Shown here: piece after piece, positions 1-13,255 of the stretch | How positions within the stretch are numbered: the first letter of the stretch is position 1 | Layout of the letters: each line of letters begins with the position of its first letter | NCBI GenBank assembly: GCA_951406725.2 | Contig: OX597814.1 | Location: 219,852,001 to 219,916,000, forward strand | From: Octopus vulgaris | Lineage: Eukaryota | Direction of reading: 5' to 3' | DNA length: 64,000 nucleotides | The notes under the pieces: model-generated | What the model was told of the DNA's origin: nothing | Databases searched by the model: none | What the model saw: the letters and a program-made list of their open reading frames with translations, nothing else | Program-made: the position numbers and the translations under genes

Positions 1-748
1 ACATATATGCACTGTGGCATATGCACATACATATATATTATATCTTTATACATCAGGATCGTCACCATTGTTATCGATATCGTTTTCACGTCTGCTTTTC
101 TGTGCTCAGATTGGCTGATCGAAACTTTTCCACGCCTCTTATAACATAGAGATATGGCACACCTATTCTGGAAACGAAGTCACACACAGCAAAAATATGT
201 ATATGTGTGTGTGACTTGTTCCCACCCACAAAATTCCAGACCGTGTGCCTATAATAGAAAGGATTATTATCATCATTCGCCTGGGTCAACTTTGCTTTTC
301 GCCCTTTCGTGATCAATAGAATAAATTACCAGTCAGGTACTGAAGCTATAGGGGTGGTGGTGAAGTAACATACTTAAAATACTAAATTTTACTTATAATA
401 GTAATTATATTATACATGATAAATCTAGTAATGGTTATTACAATAGAATGAGATCTCATCAGACACAGAAAATAAATTTGTTAAAAGCTTAGGTTTTTAA
501 CCTTTTTACTGCCACGCCTCACCTAGAAATTTGTTCTTCTTTCCATGCTCCCTTTGCATCTATGAATAAAATTCCCTCCCAGACTTTAAATAACATCTAA
601 AATATGTTTTTAGTCTTTTTATTGAATATGAATTAGTCACATTATACAAAATATGTATAATTTTATATATAATCACATTATACAAAAAGTCGGAGACTTG
701 ACACTGCTTCTTAGCAAAAAGAAATTCTTTTTATTGAATATGAATTAG

Positions 749-2693
749 TCACATTAGTTGCTTCTTAGCTACAAGATCTTGAACGCGTGGTTGAATGCCA
801 GAGAGTGCACGGCATAAGTTCCTTTCAATATTCAACCTGTTTCTGTACTTGGTCATGACAACAGCAAGTTTGGAAAATGCAGCTTCCCAAAGATACGTGG
901 ATCCAAACATAGCTAAAATCCGAAGAGCCTGATGTGAGATCAAAGAGTAAACAGGAAGGTACTTGATTTAGAATGTTTCAAGATCCAGTTCTTTGAAGTC
1001 TTCCTTAGCTGGGAGTTGAACTTCAGCTCAAGAAACTTCTCTTGCACTTTGTCAAAAAACATCAGTCACTTCACACTGAAATGGGTTCCTGATGAATTTC
1101 CAAGCTTCACGCTTTTTATCTATATCTGTGAAGTATCTGGTGAATTCTGTTTTCAAGACAGTTAGATGAGTGATTATTTATTTCTTGAACTCAGAATCAA
1201 GGTTACCATAAATGAGAGCAGAATCCAAGTAACTAAAACTGGCTATATTTCCCTGCTGAATTCGACATTTCTAGAGGTCGAGTTTGGCCATGAAGGTTCG
1301 AATGGTGTCGTGGTGCGTGAGAATATTGATTTTTTCCCCTTGTAGTTTAAGGTCGAGAGCATTCAACGCTTCGAGGATGTCCACCAGGTAAGCTAGAGAA
1401 AGCTGAAATCCTTCAGACTGGAACTTGTCATGGAGATCTGCCTTCGGTTGCAAATCTAGAAATATTGCTACTTCTTGTAGTTCATAAAGCCGTCCAAGCA
1501 TGTTCCCTTTGATAGCCATCGCACGTTCGTGTGGAAAAGCAATGCTTCATGTTTAGATTCCATATCTTTATACAACAGTTTGAAAAGACGACTGTTTAAG
1601 GCTCCACCCTTAAAGTTGACAACCTTCCAATTTCAGAAGGCAATGTTCTGGATGCTAAGGCTTCACGATGAAATATGCAATGTGCACCGACAACAGATGG
1701 ATTTTTTTCTTTCACCCTAGTAATGAATCCAGACTGCAGACCAAGCATGTCTGGAGCTCCATCAGTGCATACCCCTGCCAGTGAATCCCACGAAAGTTTG
1801 TTTTCTTGAAAGAAGTTTGATATATCACGAAAAATAGTTGTTGCTGTCACCATAGGGTGACAGAACAACATTTACTCTTTTACATAGTTGCTTGACACAG
1901 AATGAGCTCATACCAGTAGCTGAAAGCACTGAGCGATGACAGCCGTTTCGTCACACTAGATGGCAAAAACAGTAGAGTCTCTTACTTGATCGAGAATTTG
2001 ATCTTTGATGTCTTGAGATCCTTCCCTTGACTGTATCGTCTGATAGTGAAATCTGGGAAAGCTTGTTTGCACTATCTTGAGGAATAAACAGACTTTTTTG
2101 TATATCCTTTGCTGTAGAGACAAATAGATTATTGAGGTATGCCTAGATAAAAAGCAACCTCTGATGACATAATCAACCAGTCTTTGAAATCCAATGAGCT
2201 GATAGTGACGGCATCCAAAGTTGGTAGATAGGATCATAGAAACCACTTCACCAAATCGTTTATAGCCATGTTTAACCAGATATACTAGGACCATTTCACA
2301 ATCTTTCCCCGAAAGAGTTCTGCTGCATGGAGTAGACTTGGTTTTTATGAGACACTCTCCGATGTTGTGTCTCTTCTTGCTCTTTGCCATCAACATGGCG
2401 ATCTCATAGGAAGCCTCAACAGCCATTGAAGTTTGTTGCTGAAATGCCACACTACTGTTCAAATTAGCTTGCTTCAAGGAATAGCTTTTTGTTTCAAAGA
2501 ATACTTTGGACTTGTCTGCAAGAGCAGGATGTGTTGTCCTTAAGTGCCGTTCCAAGCATGAGGGTCGTATTCCATCATTGCTCAAAGTTTTGTAACATAT
2601 CACTCACTTGGAGACTTCTGTATCACACTTTTTGAGGGTCACGAATCCAAATCGAATTTATTCGTCAAGGTACTTCCGTTTCTTTGCACCCAT
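749..2693 (-). pseudogene. Degenerate hAT transposase (Buster/Charlie/ZBED5-like)
   Basis: Frameshifted minus-strand fragments: MGAKKRKY..RFGF, ICYKTLSND..PS.LERHL..HP (BED-like), CTDGAP.M.G..GF, HCI.HREALA, LAYLVDI..LN.L.LQG and C-terminal FGSTYL.EAAFSKL..KYRNRL. Multiple stops and frameshifts. Confidence 0.85.
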
Positions 2694-3518
2694 TGCGAAT
2701 TATTTGATGTGCAGTGGACAACAAAAATATGTGAACAAAAGATAAGGCACATGTGAGGTAATGTTAAGGTCCATGTTAGAACGCTTGGAGTAAAAAGTTC
2801 TGAAAAAAAAAACCCTCAAAAAATTGGAATAAAAGTTAAATTAAAGGAAAAGTTATACGAAAAATTTGTACAATAAAATATTGCATTTATTTGTACGAAA
2901 ATATAAAAACGGTTTCTTAAAAAATGAAAAGATTTTGCATAGCTTTTAGTTTTACCTAGTACTTTCTGTAATATTTAAATCTGAATTTTAGTTTAACATT
3001 TGGCTTTATATTATAATTTTTTATTACAAAAAAATTTACTATATTTTTAACATAATCATTTAATATTAAAAATTTTGGTTTTTATTGTTATTTAAAAAAA
3101 ATTTTCCAATCTGTTTTAATTCTTTTTTGAGTCTTTATAGTAGAACCTATTACATACTCTTTGGTTTACGCACTGGGGTCGATATAATCAACTTAATCCG
3201 TTTGTCTGTCCTTGTTTGTTCTCTCTGTGTTTAGCCCCTTGTGGGTAGTAAAGAAATAGGTTTATTTCCTATTTTTAAATATATCGTACTTTTCATCTTG
3301 CTATAATTTAAAAATAGTTTTCAATTTTTAAAATTAAGTTAATATTTCTTAGTATGTTACTATAATGATTTGATAATGTTTCAGCAGGTCTCTTGATTTT
3401 TAAGAATCACATTATTTCATGTATATGAAAACTGTGGATCAAACTTGTTTATAATCTATTAACTGAAAAAGATGTTTGTCTTTACACGATAATAATATCT
3501 AAGCTTTATATCAGTGGT

Positions 3519-3918
3519 GGAGGCGCAATGGCCCAGTGGTTAGGGCAGCGGACTCGCGGTCATAGGATCGCGGTTTCGATTCCCAGACCGGGTGTTGTGA
3601 GTGTTTATTGAGCGAAAACACCTAAAAGCTGCACGAGGCTCCGGCAGGGGATGGTGGTGATCCCTGCTGTACTCTTTCACCACAACTTTCTCTCACTCTT
3701 ACTTCCTGTTTCTGTTGTACCTGTATTTCAAAGGGCCGGCCTTGTCACTCTCTGTGTCACGCTGAATATCCCCGAGAACTTCGTTAAGGGTGCACGTGTC
3801 TGTGGAGTGCTCAGCCACTTACCCGTTAATTTCACGAGCAGGCTGTTCCGTTGATTCGGATCAACTGGAACCCTCGTCGTCGTAACCGACGGAGTGCTTC
3901 CAAAAAAAAAAAAAAAAA
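3519..3918 (+). mobile_element. tRNA-derived SINE with poly(A) tail
   Basis: A box TGGCCCAGTGG, B-box-like GGTTTCGATTCCC, poly(A) at 3902-3918; flanked by near-identical ATA(T/C)CAGTGGT duplication. Confidence 0.8.
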
Positions 3919-3921
3919 TAC

Positions 3922-4272
3922 CAGTGGTTCTTAACCTGAGTCTTGTAACAAAAAACAAAAACAAAAAAAATTACCAAATAAAAGTAAATGTTAACGCTAC
4001 AGTTGAGAATTAGTGAGGGTTTTGAGGGATACGAAGTGGGTGGGTGGGGGCAATAAGTACAGAAAATGGTAAGTGACGCTAAGGTAGTAGAAGAAGAAAG
4101 CTAAAGTTATAAGGCGATACTTTTGCATTTTTTCATAAACTTCTCATTATTTGACCATGCTCTCGTTAAGAGAATAACAAATATTATTAGAGAAATTTCT
4201 GGGTTTTTTTTCTCAAGGACTCGCTCCATCCCCTTTGGAAATTGCTGACGCTCCCCAAGTTAAGAACCACTG
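3922..4272. mobile_element. hAT-type MITE
   Basis: Perfect 14-bp TIRs CAGTGGTTCTTAAC (3922) / GTTAAGAACCACTG (4259-4272), resembling Charlie-type ends. Confidence 0.75.
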
Positions 4273-4311
4273 GCTTATACAATCCACTTCTAGAGTAAAA
4301 TTTATATATTA

Positions 4312-4709
4312 TTAGCAGTATCGCCCGGCGTTGCTCGGGTTTGTAAGGGAAATAACTATATAAGCATTTTTAGAGAGTTATAGCCAAAAAATAGGAAAAA
4401 AATGCATTAAAAATGTGGAAAAATTGATGGTAAATTTTTTTTAAAATTGTTGACTCATCGTAGACATTTTTAGAGAGTTACTTCCCTTATATAATAGCGA
4501 AAAAATGCATTAAAATGGAAAAAAATGATGGTAAGTTTTTTTTAAAATTGTAGACTCATCGTAGACGTGCGCTAATACCCAGAAGGACTCGATATAAATC
4601 ACGACTATAAGATACCCGGTTTTGGTTAAACTGCACCGCAAAATGTGGGAGTAGTTAGGAATCTAAATCGTAGGAGACAGACACACAACTTGACTTTTAT
4701 ATATAAAGA
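4312..4709 (-). mobile_element. Non-autonomous Helitron
   Basis: Minus strand begins TCTTTATATATAAAAG, ends with hairpin CCCGAGCAACGCCGGG then CTAA (CTAG in other copies); lies between host A and T with no TSD; further copies at 37736-40291 and 49854-50251. Confidence 0.85.
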
Positions 4710-5664
4710 TTGTATTTGTTTTGTTTGTTTGGTCATTACACCTCGCTCACCACTTAAGTGGGCGCTAGGCATAACAACTACTAAGAAGAAAGGTGCTACA
4801 AAAAAAAAAAAAAATTTGAAAAAGAGTCGGTTGAGTTTCAAGACCCACTGCTTTAAAGCATTCTCACACGATTGTCAACTTGTTGTATTGTTTGTATAAC
4901 CCGGACACTAACGCTACATACAAGTTAATAATCGGCATGTTTTATTTGAACCCGTAACAAATCAGAAACCGTGTAGTTTCTACCGCCAGTTTAAATCAGT
5001 TCTTAAAAGCCAAAGCCCAATATGTTGTGCCGGTTCAAACCGGCAAACAATAAATTTTAGCGTAAAATATATTTAGATAAATTGCATACGGATTTACAAA
5101 ACTGAAAAACTTTAATATCAACAATCTTCTGTAAACATTTTACCTTTCTTTTCTCCCTGACTACTCGAATATGTCAACATACCTTTTATTGCAACAACAC
5201 AATTAAATGCACGATAAAAATTAAGGAGGTAAATATCTCCTCCCAATATATAGAAACTGCGCAATTACGAAAACTTAAATGCACTCCAGTAGAAATTGCC
5301 TTACTGTACCTCCATCAAGTTAACAGGCTAGGATGTACATCCCCTTGTGGGCAATAAAGAAACAGGCTAGGATGTACATCCCCTTGTGGGCAATAAAGAA
5401 ACAGGCTAGGATGTATATATTATATTGTGTTACAGCTTCCAAAATATATAAATTTTTTAAAATTATTTCGTTTTTGGATTTGGTTTGCAAGATTCTTTAT
5501 ATGAGTTCGTGTGTTGAAGCATATTCTGTTGTGTCTGGGGAGAGTCATTTTCTTTTTGTGCCTTATCACTGGTAAAATTTCCACTTATTTCTTATTTTCT
5601 TGCAACCTCTTCAATAGTCTTGACTCTGTCCCTTATTTACACTGCGTTCCCTTTTGTTTGTTCA

Positions 5665-5687
5665 TGCGCACGTGTGTGGGTCAGTGT

Positions 5688-5743
<56 letters not shown>

Positions 5744-5975
5744 CTATACATGCATGCATGTACGTATGTATGTGTTTGCATGTGTATGTATGTATATATG
5801 TGTATATGCATATATGTATGTATGTGTGTGCATCTGTGTGTATGTATGTATCCTGCGTATTTATGTGCCTTGCATGTCTGTTTGCGTATTTTCTATGTAT
5901 GTGTGTGTGTGTGTGAGCATGTGTTTGCACCTCTGTCTCCTCGTGTGCGCATGTGTGTGTGTGTGTGTGTGTGTT
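5665..5975. repeat. Compound (TG)n/(TATG)n microsatellite
   Basis: Direct inspection; source of the spurious CV/HT ORFs. Confidence 0.95.
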
Positions 5976-6015
5976 ATGCAACTATGTACCTAGAAAAATA
6001 CAGAATCACAGCTCT

Positions 6016-8209
6016 TCATGGCAGCGAATGCAGACGACATTGGAATGTTTGTTCTTGGCAAACATGGAGATTACAATTCTTACATGTAGTACGAGTTTTC
6101 CTGTACGTTTTGGGCCGCACAAATAACATCTTCCTTTTTTTCTTTGGCTGAGGAATCTCAAAATGAGGTTGACGTTTGTGTTCTTTTCTTGTTTGGTTGA
6201 GAAATGTTAGCGGAACTAGAAGACTGTTTGTCTTGTTCTTGTTTAGCATTAACTCCAGCAAGTTCCTTTCCTAACTGAATTAGGTTCTCACTTCTTTTAT
6301 CTTTGAAACTTTGCAAGTGAATCTGTTTAGCAACAATGAAAACATTCACTGTACTTATATCAGTCATGTTGTAGAATATAACCATAGGCCATCTTCGAGT
6401 CATTCTTTTGCAAGTGTATGTCCTTACCATCTTATCTAGGGTATCTACTCCTCCTTTTGTTTTGTTGTAACATGTAGTAACTTCAAGTTTCTTTTCAGCA
6501 CTTTTTGAATCAATCGAAGGCTGAGAGTGCATTGTACTCATAAATATGACGACATAATTTTTCTTGGGACAATAAGATAGGATCATAGAATCCTTTCGAA
6601 ATCCAAATATTGTGTTGTTGATTTCTTTTCCATTTGTGGAAGCATTTGGAAGTTCAACTCTGTTCTTTCTAATTGTTCCAACTGAAACAGTTTTCTTGCT
6701 AAGCAGCTCTCGAGCCAATCCTAGACTTGTAAAAAAATTATCACAAGTTATATTGCAACCAATAATTTCAAGTTCTTTTACTAGGTCTCCCCACCCCTTT
6801 ACTGGGTCTTTTCTAGTGTAGATTTGCATTTTCCAGGTATAAGATGTTTCACTATCACAGGTTGCCCAAATTTTAATTCTATATTTCCCTAGTTTTGAAG
6901 GAATATATACCCAGAGTGGGCAATGTCCTCTGAATGAAACTAATTGTTCATCAACTGTCATGCATGAACTTGGAGCATATCCATCTTGCAAATTATGATT
7001 CCACATTTCAAATACTTCTCTTATGGACTCCAATTTATCATCACTTCTCTTTTTTCTTCTTGCACTAGCATCCTCAAAACGCAATACTTGTAAAATCTGT
7101 TGAAATCTTCCCCAGCTCATAATTTTGTTGAATATTGGGCGGCCATCTTCTTGACTCCATAACTGTGTGACATTTTCATGTTTAGATTTATAAAAACCAA
7201 TAAGAATGATCAGTCCAATAAATTTCTTTAGCTCAGAGTGATCAATTTCCTAAACAACCTGACCTTCAACATTTGTCCATTTACGAATTACTTCAAGAAG
7301 ATTCCGGCGCATAAAGATAGTAAAACACGCTTCAATGCTATCGCAAAACCTTTTAGCAAAATGGGATGGTCCACATTCTTGGTGCACAGTATTCCAAGAT
7401 GAAGTTCTTACTGCTGCTTGAGTAAGAGGATTAGAATGCCAAACATCTTGTCTGTCTCTAGAAACATATTGCTCATTCATAATTGTGTTTATCTTCGTCT
7501 GATGACACAGAACCCAAACTGTCCAGCATGCAACCACTTTCACCATTATTTTCAGAGCAATGGAAGGAATCACTAACCTCTTCACTTTCTTCATCGAATT
7601 TTAATAACCTTTTCGATATTTGGTCTTCACGCAAGTTTTCACGTCTAGGCATATTGGAAAGCACCACTGAACTATATGAAACTTGATAGCAGACTAAAGG
7701 CAGATATTGCTCTCCCACATAGTTATACTCTCCTGAAAGTTGATGCATTATATTGTAAGAACTATTTCATCACATAGAAATATTGCATCACCCTATAACC
7801 TAGCAGATTGAAGGTGATGCAATACTACACAAATTTACAGGAATGTTTTCATAATTTTCCCTATTTTCTCTGAAATTCAGCAAATAGATTGAATACAATT
7901 TTATCTATTTTATATCCGATAAATAGCTAGGAAAATAATATTTTATACTGCTTTTATTCTGTTTAGAATGACAAGAGTATTGTCTGAATCTAATTCGAGA
8001 GTCCAATGGACCCCTACGGTAATTAATGTAGAAAGTGAAATTTTCTAACTTTTATAATCATATGGAAAATTTCCCATTTGACAAATAAAAAAAAGAGTCG
8101 AGAAAAAAATAAGTATCACAAGAAATCAGCAGAATCAAATAATATAAACAGTAGGAAAAAGCAACTGAAAACCTGAAATGGGTCCATTGAACCCATTTCA
8201 GAAGGTTAA
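6016..8209 (-). pseudogene. Degenerate piggyBac transposon (PGBD4-like transposase)
   Basis: ORF 6158-7120 has TVDEQLVSFRG, ITCDNFFTS, YNKTKGGVDTLD and RWPM motifs; C-terminal C..C..HVC..H in the 6016 ORF; 5' end TTAA|CCTTCTGAAATGGG near 8205 with a subterminal palindrome at 8173-8201. Confidence 0.88.
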
Positions 8210-8770
8210 GCCAGAACGTTGCCCCTTGTGTAAACAAAGGATAGGGTTCTGAGAAACTTGCTTCTTGCAATTACATCATTTACACAACGCCAGCATTAAT
8301 AGTATTATTGTCTGATGAATTCATATCAATCAGTGAGGAACTCTCGCAAACAGATACTCACTCGCAAGTATATGCATTTTAACTTTTGCATACTTTAACG
8401 AAAAAGAAATTATCTAGGAATTTTATTTCTGTATATTTCTTATGATGTTCTGTCTTACTTGGCTATCCCAACGCGCATTCTCGAACACGACTCACTGAAT
8501 TTTATTGCATTCAGTTAAGTTACAGTTTGTGAACTTGCTTGCATTGCATTTAGACATGGTTATAAAATCTGGTTTCACCACACATTTCATGTTTGGCATT
8601 TATTATTGTCATCATCTAGCAGAAATTTTTACATTATCATTCTGCCTGAAAATGGTTCGCACTATTTACCGCTAGTGGCTCCTTTGATAAACATGTTTGA
8701 CCATTTAATCAGAAACCTAAAAAAATTAACACGTTACTATGAAATAAAGATTTAGAAATTCCCTTTCCTG

Positions 8771-8833
<63 letters not shown>

Positions 8834-9365
8834 GCTGAATTACGCTCTTGCTTGAAGCATAGGAGAATAACACTACAACATAATTAGCAGGTGTTCTTTA
8901 TGAAGTATTAATCACTCAGTTACAAATTACATTTGTAAGAATTAAACGTGGTTTCTGGTTGTAATTTCTGAAATATATGCTTTGCAATTAATCACGGTAG
9001 ATATTTTTCTTTCCTTTTTTTCAAAATTTCCATTCATCTATCATCATTATAGACGAGCCTGAAATTAGAAAATAGCAGCATAATGTCCTTCAAACGGCAC
9101 CATACTGTCTTAAACAAGAACCCATTGGACGATGTAGCTCTACATTTCAAGACAGATAGAATGGTCACAAAAAAAAAAATGTTTTTGATATGTCTACTTG
9201 ACCAGGGCTAATCCAGGCTTAAATAACAACAAAATAAAATTCAATTGGCAACCAAATTGCTCATCAATGTATTTAAACAGGAAATTATGAACTGTTAGAT
9301 CCAGTCTTCCTAGATTTGATACTTATGTTCATAAAACCTTACAATATATATTTTTTTCTTCACAT

Positions 9366-11897
9366 CTAACCATCCAGCTCCCAACAGTTGTTTTCTATGT
9401 ATGGAACTTCACTGGAAATGGAGTCCCAAAAACCTGACAAAGAGAAGACGTCTGTTATTACGAAATCGCTTTCATTTTCGATACTTGATGTTTCAATTGT
9501 AGGGGCAGGGATTGTAAAGCAATCATTAACCTCTTTATTAGAGTTAAATGTTGAACTATCGTTCATAACACAAAACGGTTCATAATAACGATTGCTGTTA
9601 CTGACGAGGTCGAAATTATCATTTCTGTCATATATCAAAGATGACTGTATGATGTTAGGCAATTCAGAATCCTCATTTGCTTGTAATATTTCAAAACCAT
9701 CGCTATCAATACTGTTTAATATATTAAACGAATGGTTTGGCAATGTATGAATTTTAATAAAACAGTTGTCTGATGATAATGATGTAGCAGCATAAGGACT
9801 GGAATTTCTGATATGATGCTTGCAGTTAATGCATTCTGTATAACCTTTAAGGAAATCAATCGAACCATCAGATTTATAGTGAATATAATTATACGTATGA
9901 TTATCTGCATTGTTTTTCTCATTCAATTGGCAATCATTGCTGCAAGTTTTGTGGCAGGTTTTCAGTTTCTTTTTGCAAGGTTTTGTTGAAACAGTTTTCA
10001 GCGTTCTCGTTGCCTCTTTGGAATTCCTTGTTCGATGACGTCTGCATTCTGTAGAATTTTTATACGTTTTGCTAGTGTCTGTCTTGGAAGCTGAAAAAGT
10101 AGCTTGGCATATTTTGTGTCGAGAAACATTACGAACGTTCAATAATTTCTCATTCAGACTTTTTATCTTTTCATGTTTTACGTTATCAAACACTTCATCT
10201 GTCGGAATATTTTTATCAGAGAGATTTTGATCTTTTGATAAAATCCGAGTTCTTGACACACCGTGTAAATTTCTATGTTCTAACGCATTTAAATTATTCC
10301 TACGGTTTATCGGTTTCTTTGTTTTTGCTTTATTCCTTTGCACACCGTCTACGTTTTCGGCAAGTAATTTGCTTGGACAAGAAAAACGATTATTTTGTTT
10401 AGGGATGTCACTTACTTTTTTCCTGTATTTGGATTTTGATTTCTTGTCTTTTCCTTGTGCAACCATCTTTTTATCTGCTGTTGTCGATTTTTGCAAGGCC
10501 TTGTAATTTCTCTCCACTAGTTTCTTTGAAACTGGTTTTGCCGTTTTAGTCCATAAATCGGGTAGAGCACTTTTCACTTGCTGAACACCACAAGAGTAGA
10601 TGTTCTTTACAGGACTCTCTTTAAATAATTGCGTAACTTTAACGGATTTTGATTCTTCCAGATAGTGTGACGGACATATATTTCGTACTGGTGATATCGA
10701 TTCAAAACTACATCCGCTCTCCGGGTGTGCTTTTCCATTTAATTCCGGTATTTTGTTACATCTGAAGTCTGTATGAAAACATTGCTTCGTCTCTTTCAGA
10801 GAATTAATTTTTTCCCTGGTGTTGTAAGATTCACTCATTGTTTCATCCTTGTCGCGTTTTGACTGACTTTCAATATTTAAAGATTCCTGATCGATATTTT
10901 CATCAGGTTGATTAAGAAATTGAGCGTGTTGAAATGATCTCACCTCGTCTTGGGAAATCAAATTTGTTCCATTGCTTGCAACGGATAGCTTCATATCTAC
11001 TTCCAAAGAACCGACAGGTTTATTCATTCTGTCTAAAGCGTTTGCATCAAACGGAACAGTATATGCAATGCTACAGTTTGGCAACTGCAAATTATACAGA
11101 TTAAATGAATCACCCGAATTAAATTCTTTATTTAAAATGCTATTTGGAATATCTGTCATTGGTATTGGATTCGTAGAACCACAAGTTTCGCCTATTTCTG
11201 TCGAATTATCATTAACTCTCTCTGATTTGGACAAGTTTAGTGGCAGAGAATTTGGTTCATGCAAGATATTTTCAAAATTTCTTTCGTTGAGGAACGAGTC
11301 TCTTTTGGTTAATTCTTTATCGTGAGAATAAACATTCGAATTATAAGATACTGTGTTACGATCATCACAAATTAACAATTGCTCGGCCTGCAGTGGAATA
11401 CCTTTTTCGTTTAGACTACAGGTGTATCTGAATTCAGAAGGAATCTCATTATTCCTCATAGAATAAAAATCCCATCCACTTGGTTTTGAATCATTATGAG
11501 AAAATATCACTGAAGAACTTGTTGGGCATAATTCATTCAAATGGGATTCTTTCATAAGAGGCACAGAATCTTTAACCTCCAAATCTCCAGATTGCTCATA
11601 AGAAATATGAACTTGACTGGATGTCTGAGTGTCTTGAACAGACGGGTAGCCAGTAATTAAAGGGACGGGGTCCACTAAAAACATAGCGAACTTGTTATTG
11701 GCAACTGCTTCATTTGGAAAACTCAGATTAATTCCTTGCGGAAAAGAGTTAAAAACATAACTGTTCGGTATTATATTCAACATATCACAGGAATTAGAAT
11801 CAGTCCCAATATGTTCTAAGTTTTTAGTATAATAATCAAAGAGAACTTGTCGATCATCAACCATATTTAAATTGTTGGTAACAAAACTTACACTCAT
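9366..11897 (-). CDS. Large coding exon of an unidentified host gene (Ser/Asn/Lys-rich, probably disordered, with basic NLS-like patches)
   Basis: Uninterrupted non-repetitive ORF of over 840 codons in AT-rich DNA; acceptor-like TTTTACTATTTTTCAG immediately before ATGAGT at 11897; possible donor GTTAGA at 9370 or stop TAG at 9366. No domain recognised. Confidence 0.8.
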   Translation of the reverse strand: MSVSFVTNNLNMVDDRQVLFDYYTKNLEHIGTDSNSCDMLNIIPNSYVFNSFPQGINLSFPNEAVANNKFAMFLVDPVPLITGYPSVQDTQTSSQVHISYEQSGDLEVKDSVPLMKESHLNELCPTSSSVIFSHNDSKPSGWDFYSMRNNEIPSEFRYTCSLNEKGIPLQAEQLLICDDRNTVSYNSNVYSHDKELTKRDSFLNERNFENILHEPNSLPLNLSKSERVNDNSTEIGETCGSTNPIPMTDIPNSILNKEFNSGDSFNLYNLQLPNCSIAYTVPFDANALDRMNKPVGSLEVDMKLSVASNGTNLISQDEVRSFQHAQFLNQPDENIDQESLNIESQSKRDKDETMSESYNTREKINSLKETKQCFHTDFRCNKIPELNGKAHPESGCSFESISPVRNICPSHYLEESKSVKVTQLFKESPVKNIYSCGVQQVKSALPDLWTKTAKPVSKKLVERNYKALQKSTTADKKMVAQGKDKKSKSKYRKKVSDIPKQNNRFSCPSKLLAENVDGVQRNKAKTKKPINRRNNLNALEHRNLHGVSRTRILSKDQNLSDKNIPTDEVFDNVKHEKIKSLNEKLLNVRNVSRHKICQATFSASKTDTSKTYKNSTECRRHRTRNSKEATRTLKTVSTKPCKKKLKTCHKTCSNDCQLNEKNNADNHTYNYIHYKSDGSIDFLKGYTECINCKHHIRNSSPYAATSLSSDNCFIKIHTLPNHSFNILNSIDSDGFEILQANEDSELPNIIQSSLIYDRNDNFDLVSNSNRYYEPFCVMNDSSTFNSNKEVNDCFTIPAPTIETSSIENESDFVITDVFSLSGFWDSISSEVPYIENNCWELDG

Positions 11898-13064
11898 CTG
11901 AAAAATAGTAAAACGTTTAAAAATTAATTTTTTTAAATTACAAATCATTCAAATGCTTTTCTTTATTCTTCAGATTTAAGTATACCAACAACCAGAAATT
12001 TGTCGGACATACACGATTAAACAGCAGTATTTTACTCCTATTTCATTTTTGTCAAAAGAATAAGTGTAAAGACGACCCCGGTGAAGTAGGAACTTAGAAA
12101 GCAAAGAGCCAGAATAAATATAGCAAAGCGTTTTGTCTAAATCTCAATATAGCACAGCTTACCGTTTTAAATAACACAGCTTATATAATTCGACTATTAA
12201 AAAGACTGGAATATCCTTGATCCCAAGATTTATTCGACTAGGATTGACCTGAAGAGAAGTAAAAAGAAAAATAGAACTAGTAAAATTCTTCGAAGACATT
12301 TAACTTGAAGGTAGAAAATATAAAACTCAGTTATAGCTTATTCTGAAACAGCATTGATTTGCTCCAAGTCTGCTCAGATAAACAGACCCATGGCATGCTG
12401 CCCAATCACTCAAACATCTAGGTATGGATCACAAAAGAATCGATTTCCCACCGTTCGACCGGTGTTCCAGGTGCATCTACTCCACCTTATAAAAAATCTG
12501 TGAATCATAAACATTTACATTACGGAGTAATAAAAGTAGCAGCAACCTATAACATATGTAAGAGCGTAAATTCAATTTCTTTAAATAGCAGCGAATTTCG
12601 AAAATTCTTTATAGTAGTCACGTAACTATTGGGATTTGAACTATAAGTTAATTCGTCATGTATCGTGTTAAAAAATAATACCGTAAAATGTATATTACTT
12701 GTCGACTAACTAAAATGTTTCTTGCAACTGAAGTTCAATTCCTGATTGTAGTTATTTCGCTTACCAAATACTCTTAGGAAAGACAAGAATATAACCACCT
12801 ATTTTTCCCCTTCGAAATCCATTGGGCTGAACCATACATCTATGCATGATATGAATGGAAAATTGTTTCTCCTAACGCAAAAGTTACGGTAAAAAGTGAA
12901 AAAAAAAAATTATTTTTGTTGAAGTGTAAGTAACTATAAAATAGTTTCGGGTTAATGGTTTCAAAGAAAATTTAGAAATACATCCAAAATTTCTGATGAA
13001 TCGTGAAATAGTCTGAGTTAGATTTAGCTGGTGTCGAGTATTATTGGTGTATCATTTTACACTG

Positions 13065-13255
13065 AAGGCGGCGAGCTGGCGAGCTTAGCGGTATTTCGTC
13101 TGTCTTTACGTTCTGAGTTCAAATTCCGCCGAGGTCGATTTTACCTTTCATCCTTTCGGGGTCGATAAATTAAGTTCCAGTTGCGTATTGGGTCGATCTA
13201 ATCGACTGGCCCCTCCCCCAAAATTCCAGGCCTTCTGCTTAGAGTAGAAAAGATT
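13065..13255 (+). mobile_element. tRNA-derived SINE family A (AAGGCGGCGAGCTGGC head)
   Basis: Same head, GAGTTCAAATTCC B box and a close variant of the GCCTTTCATCCTTTCGGGGTCGATAAA core seen in copies at 14427, 16252, 32913, 59018 (+) and 51266-51470 (-). Confidence 0.8.

Noticed and set aside
3519-3595. Functional tRNA genes (also 56245-56313)
   Set aside because: The tRNA-like heads run into SINE bodies and tails; no clean cloverleaf or terminator seen.
5321-5415. 39-bp tandem repeat as the piggyBac left end
   Set aside because: Follows a TTAA but does not match the right-hand TIR; includes a SINE-tail-like motif and looks like a local duplication.
5620-6151. Cys/Val- and His/Thr-rich ORFs (also near 37237, 50632, 59559 and 60530)
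   Set aside because: Dinucleotide and tetranucleotide repeat artefacts.
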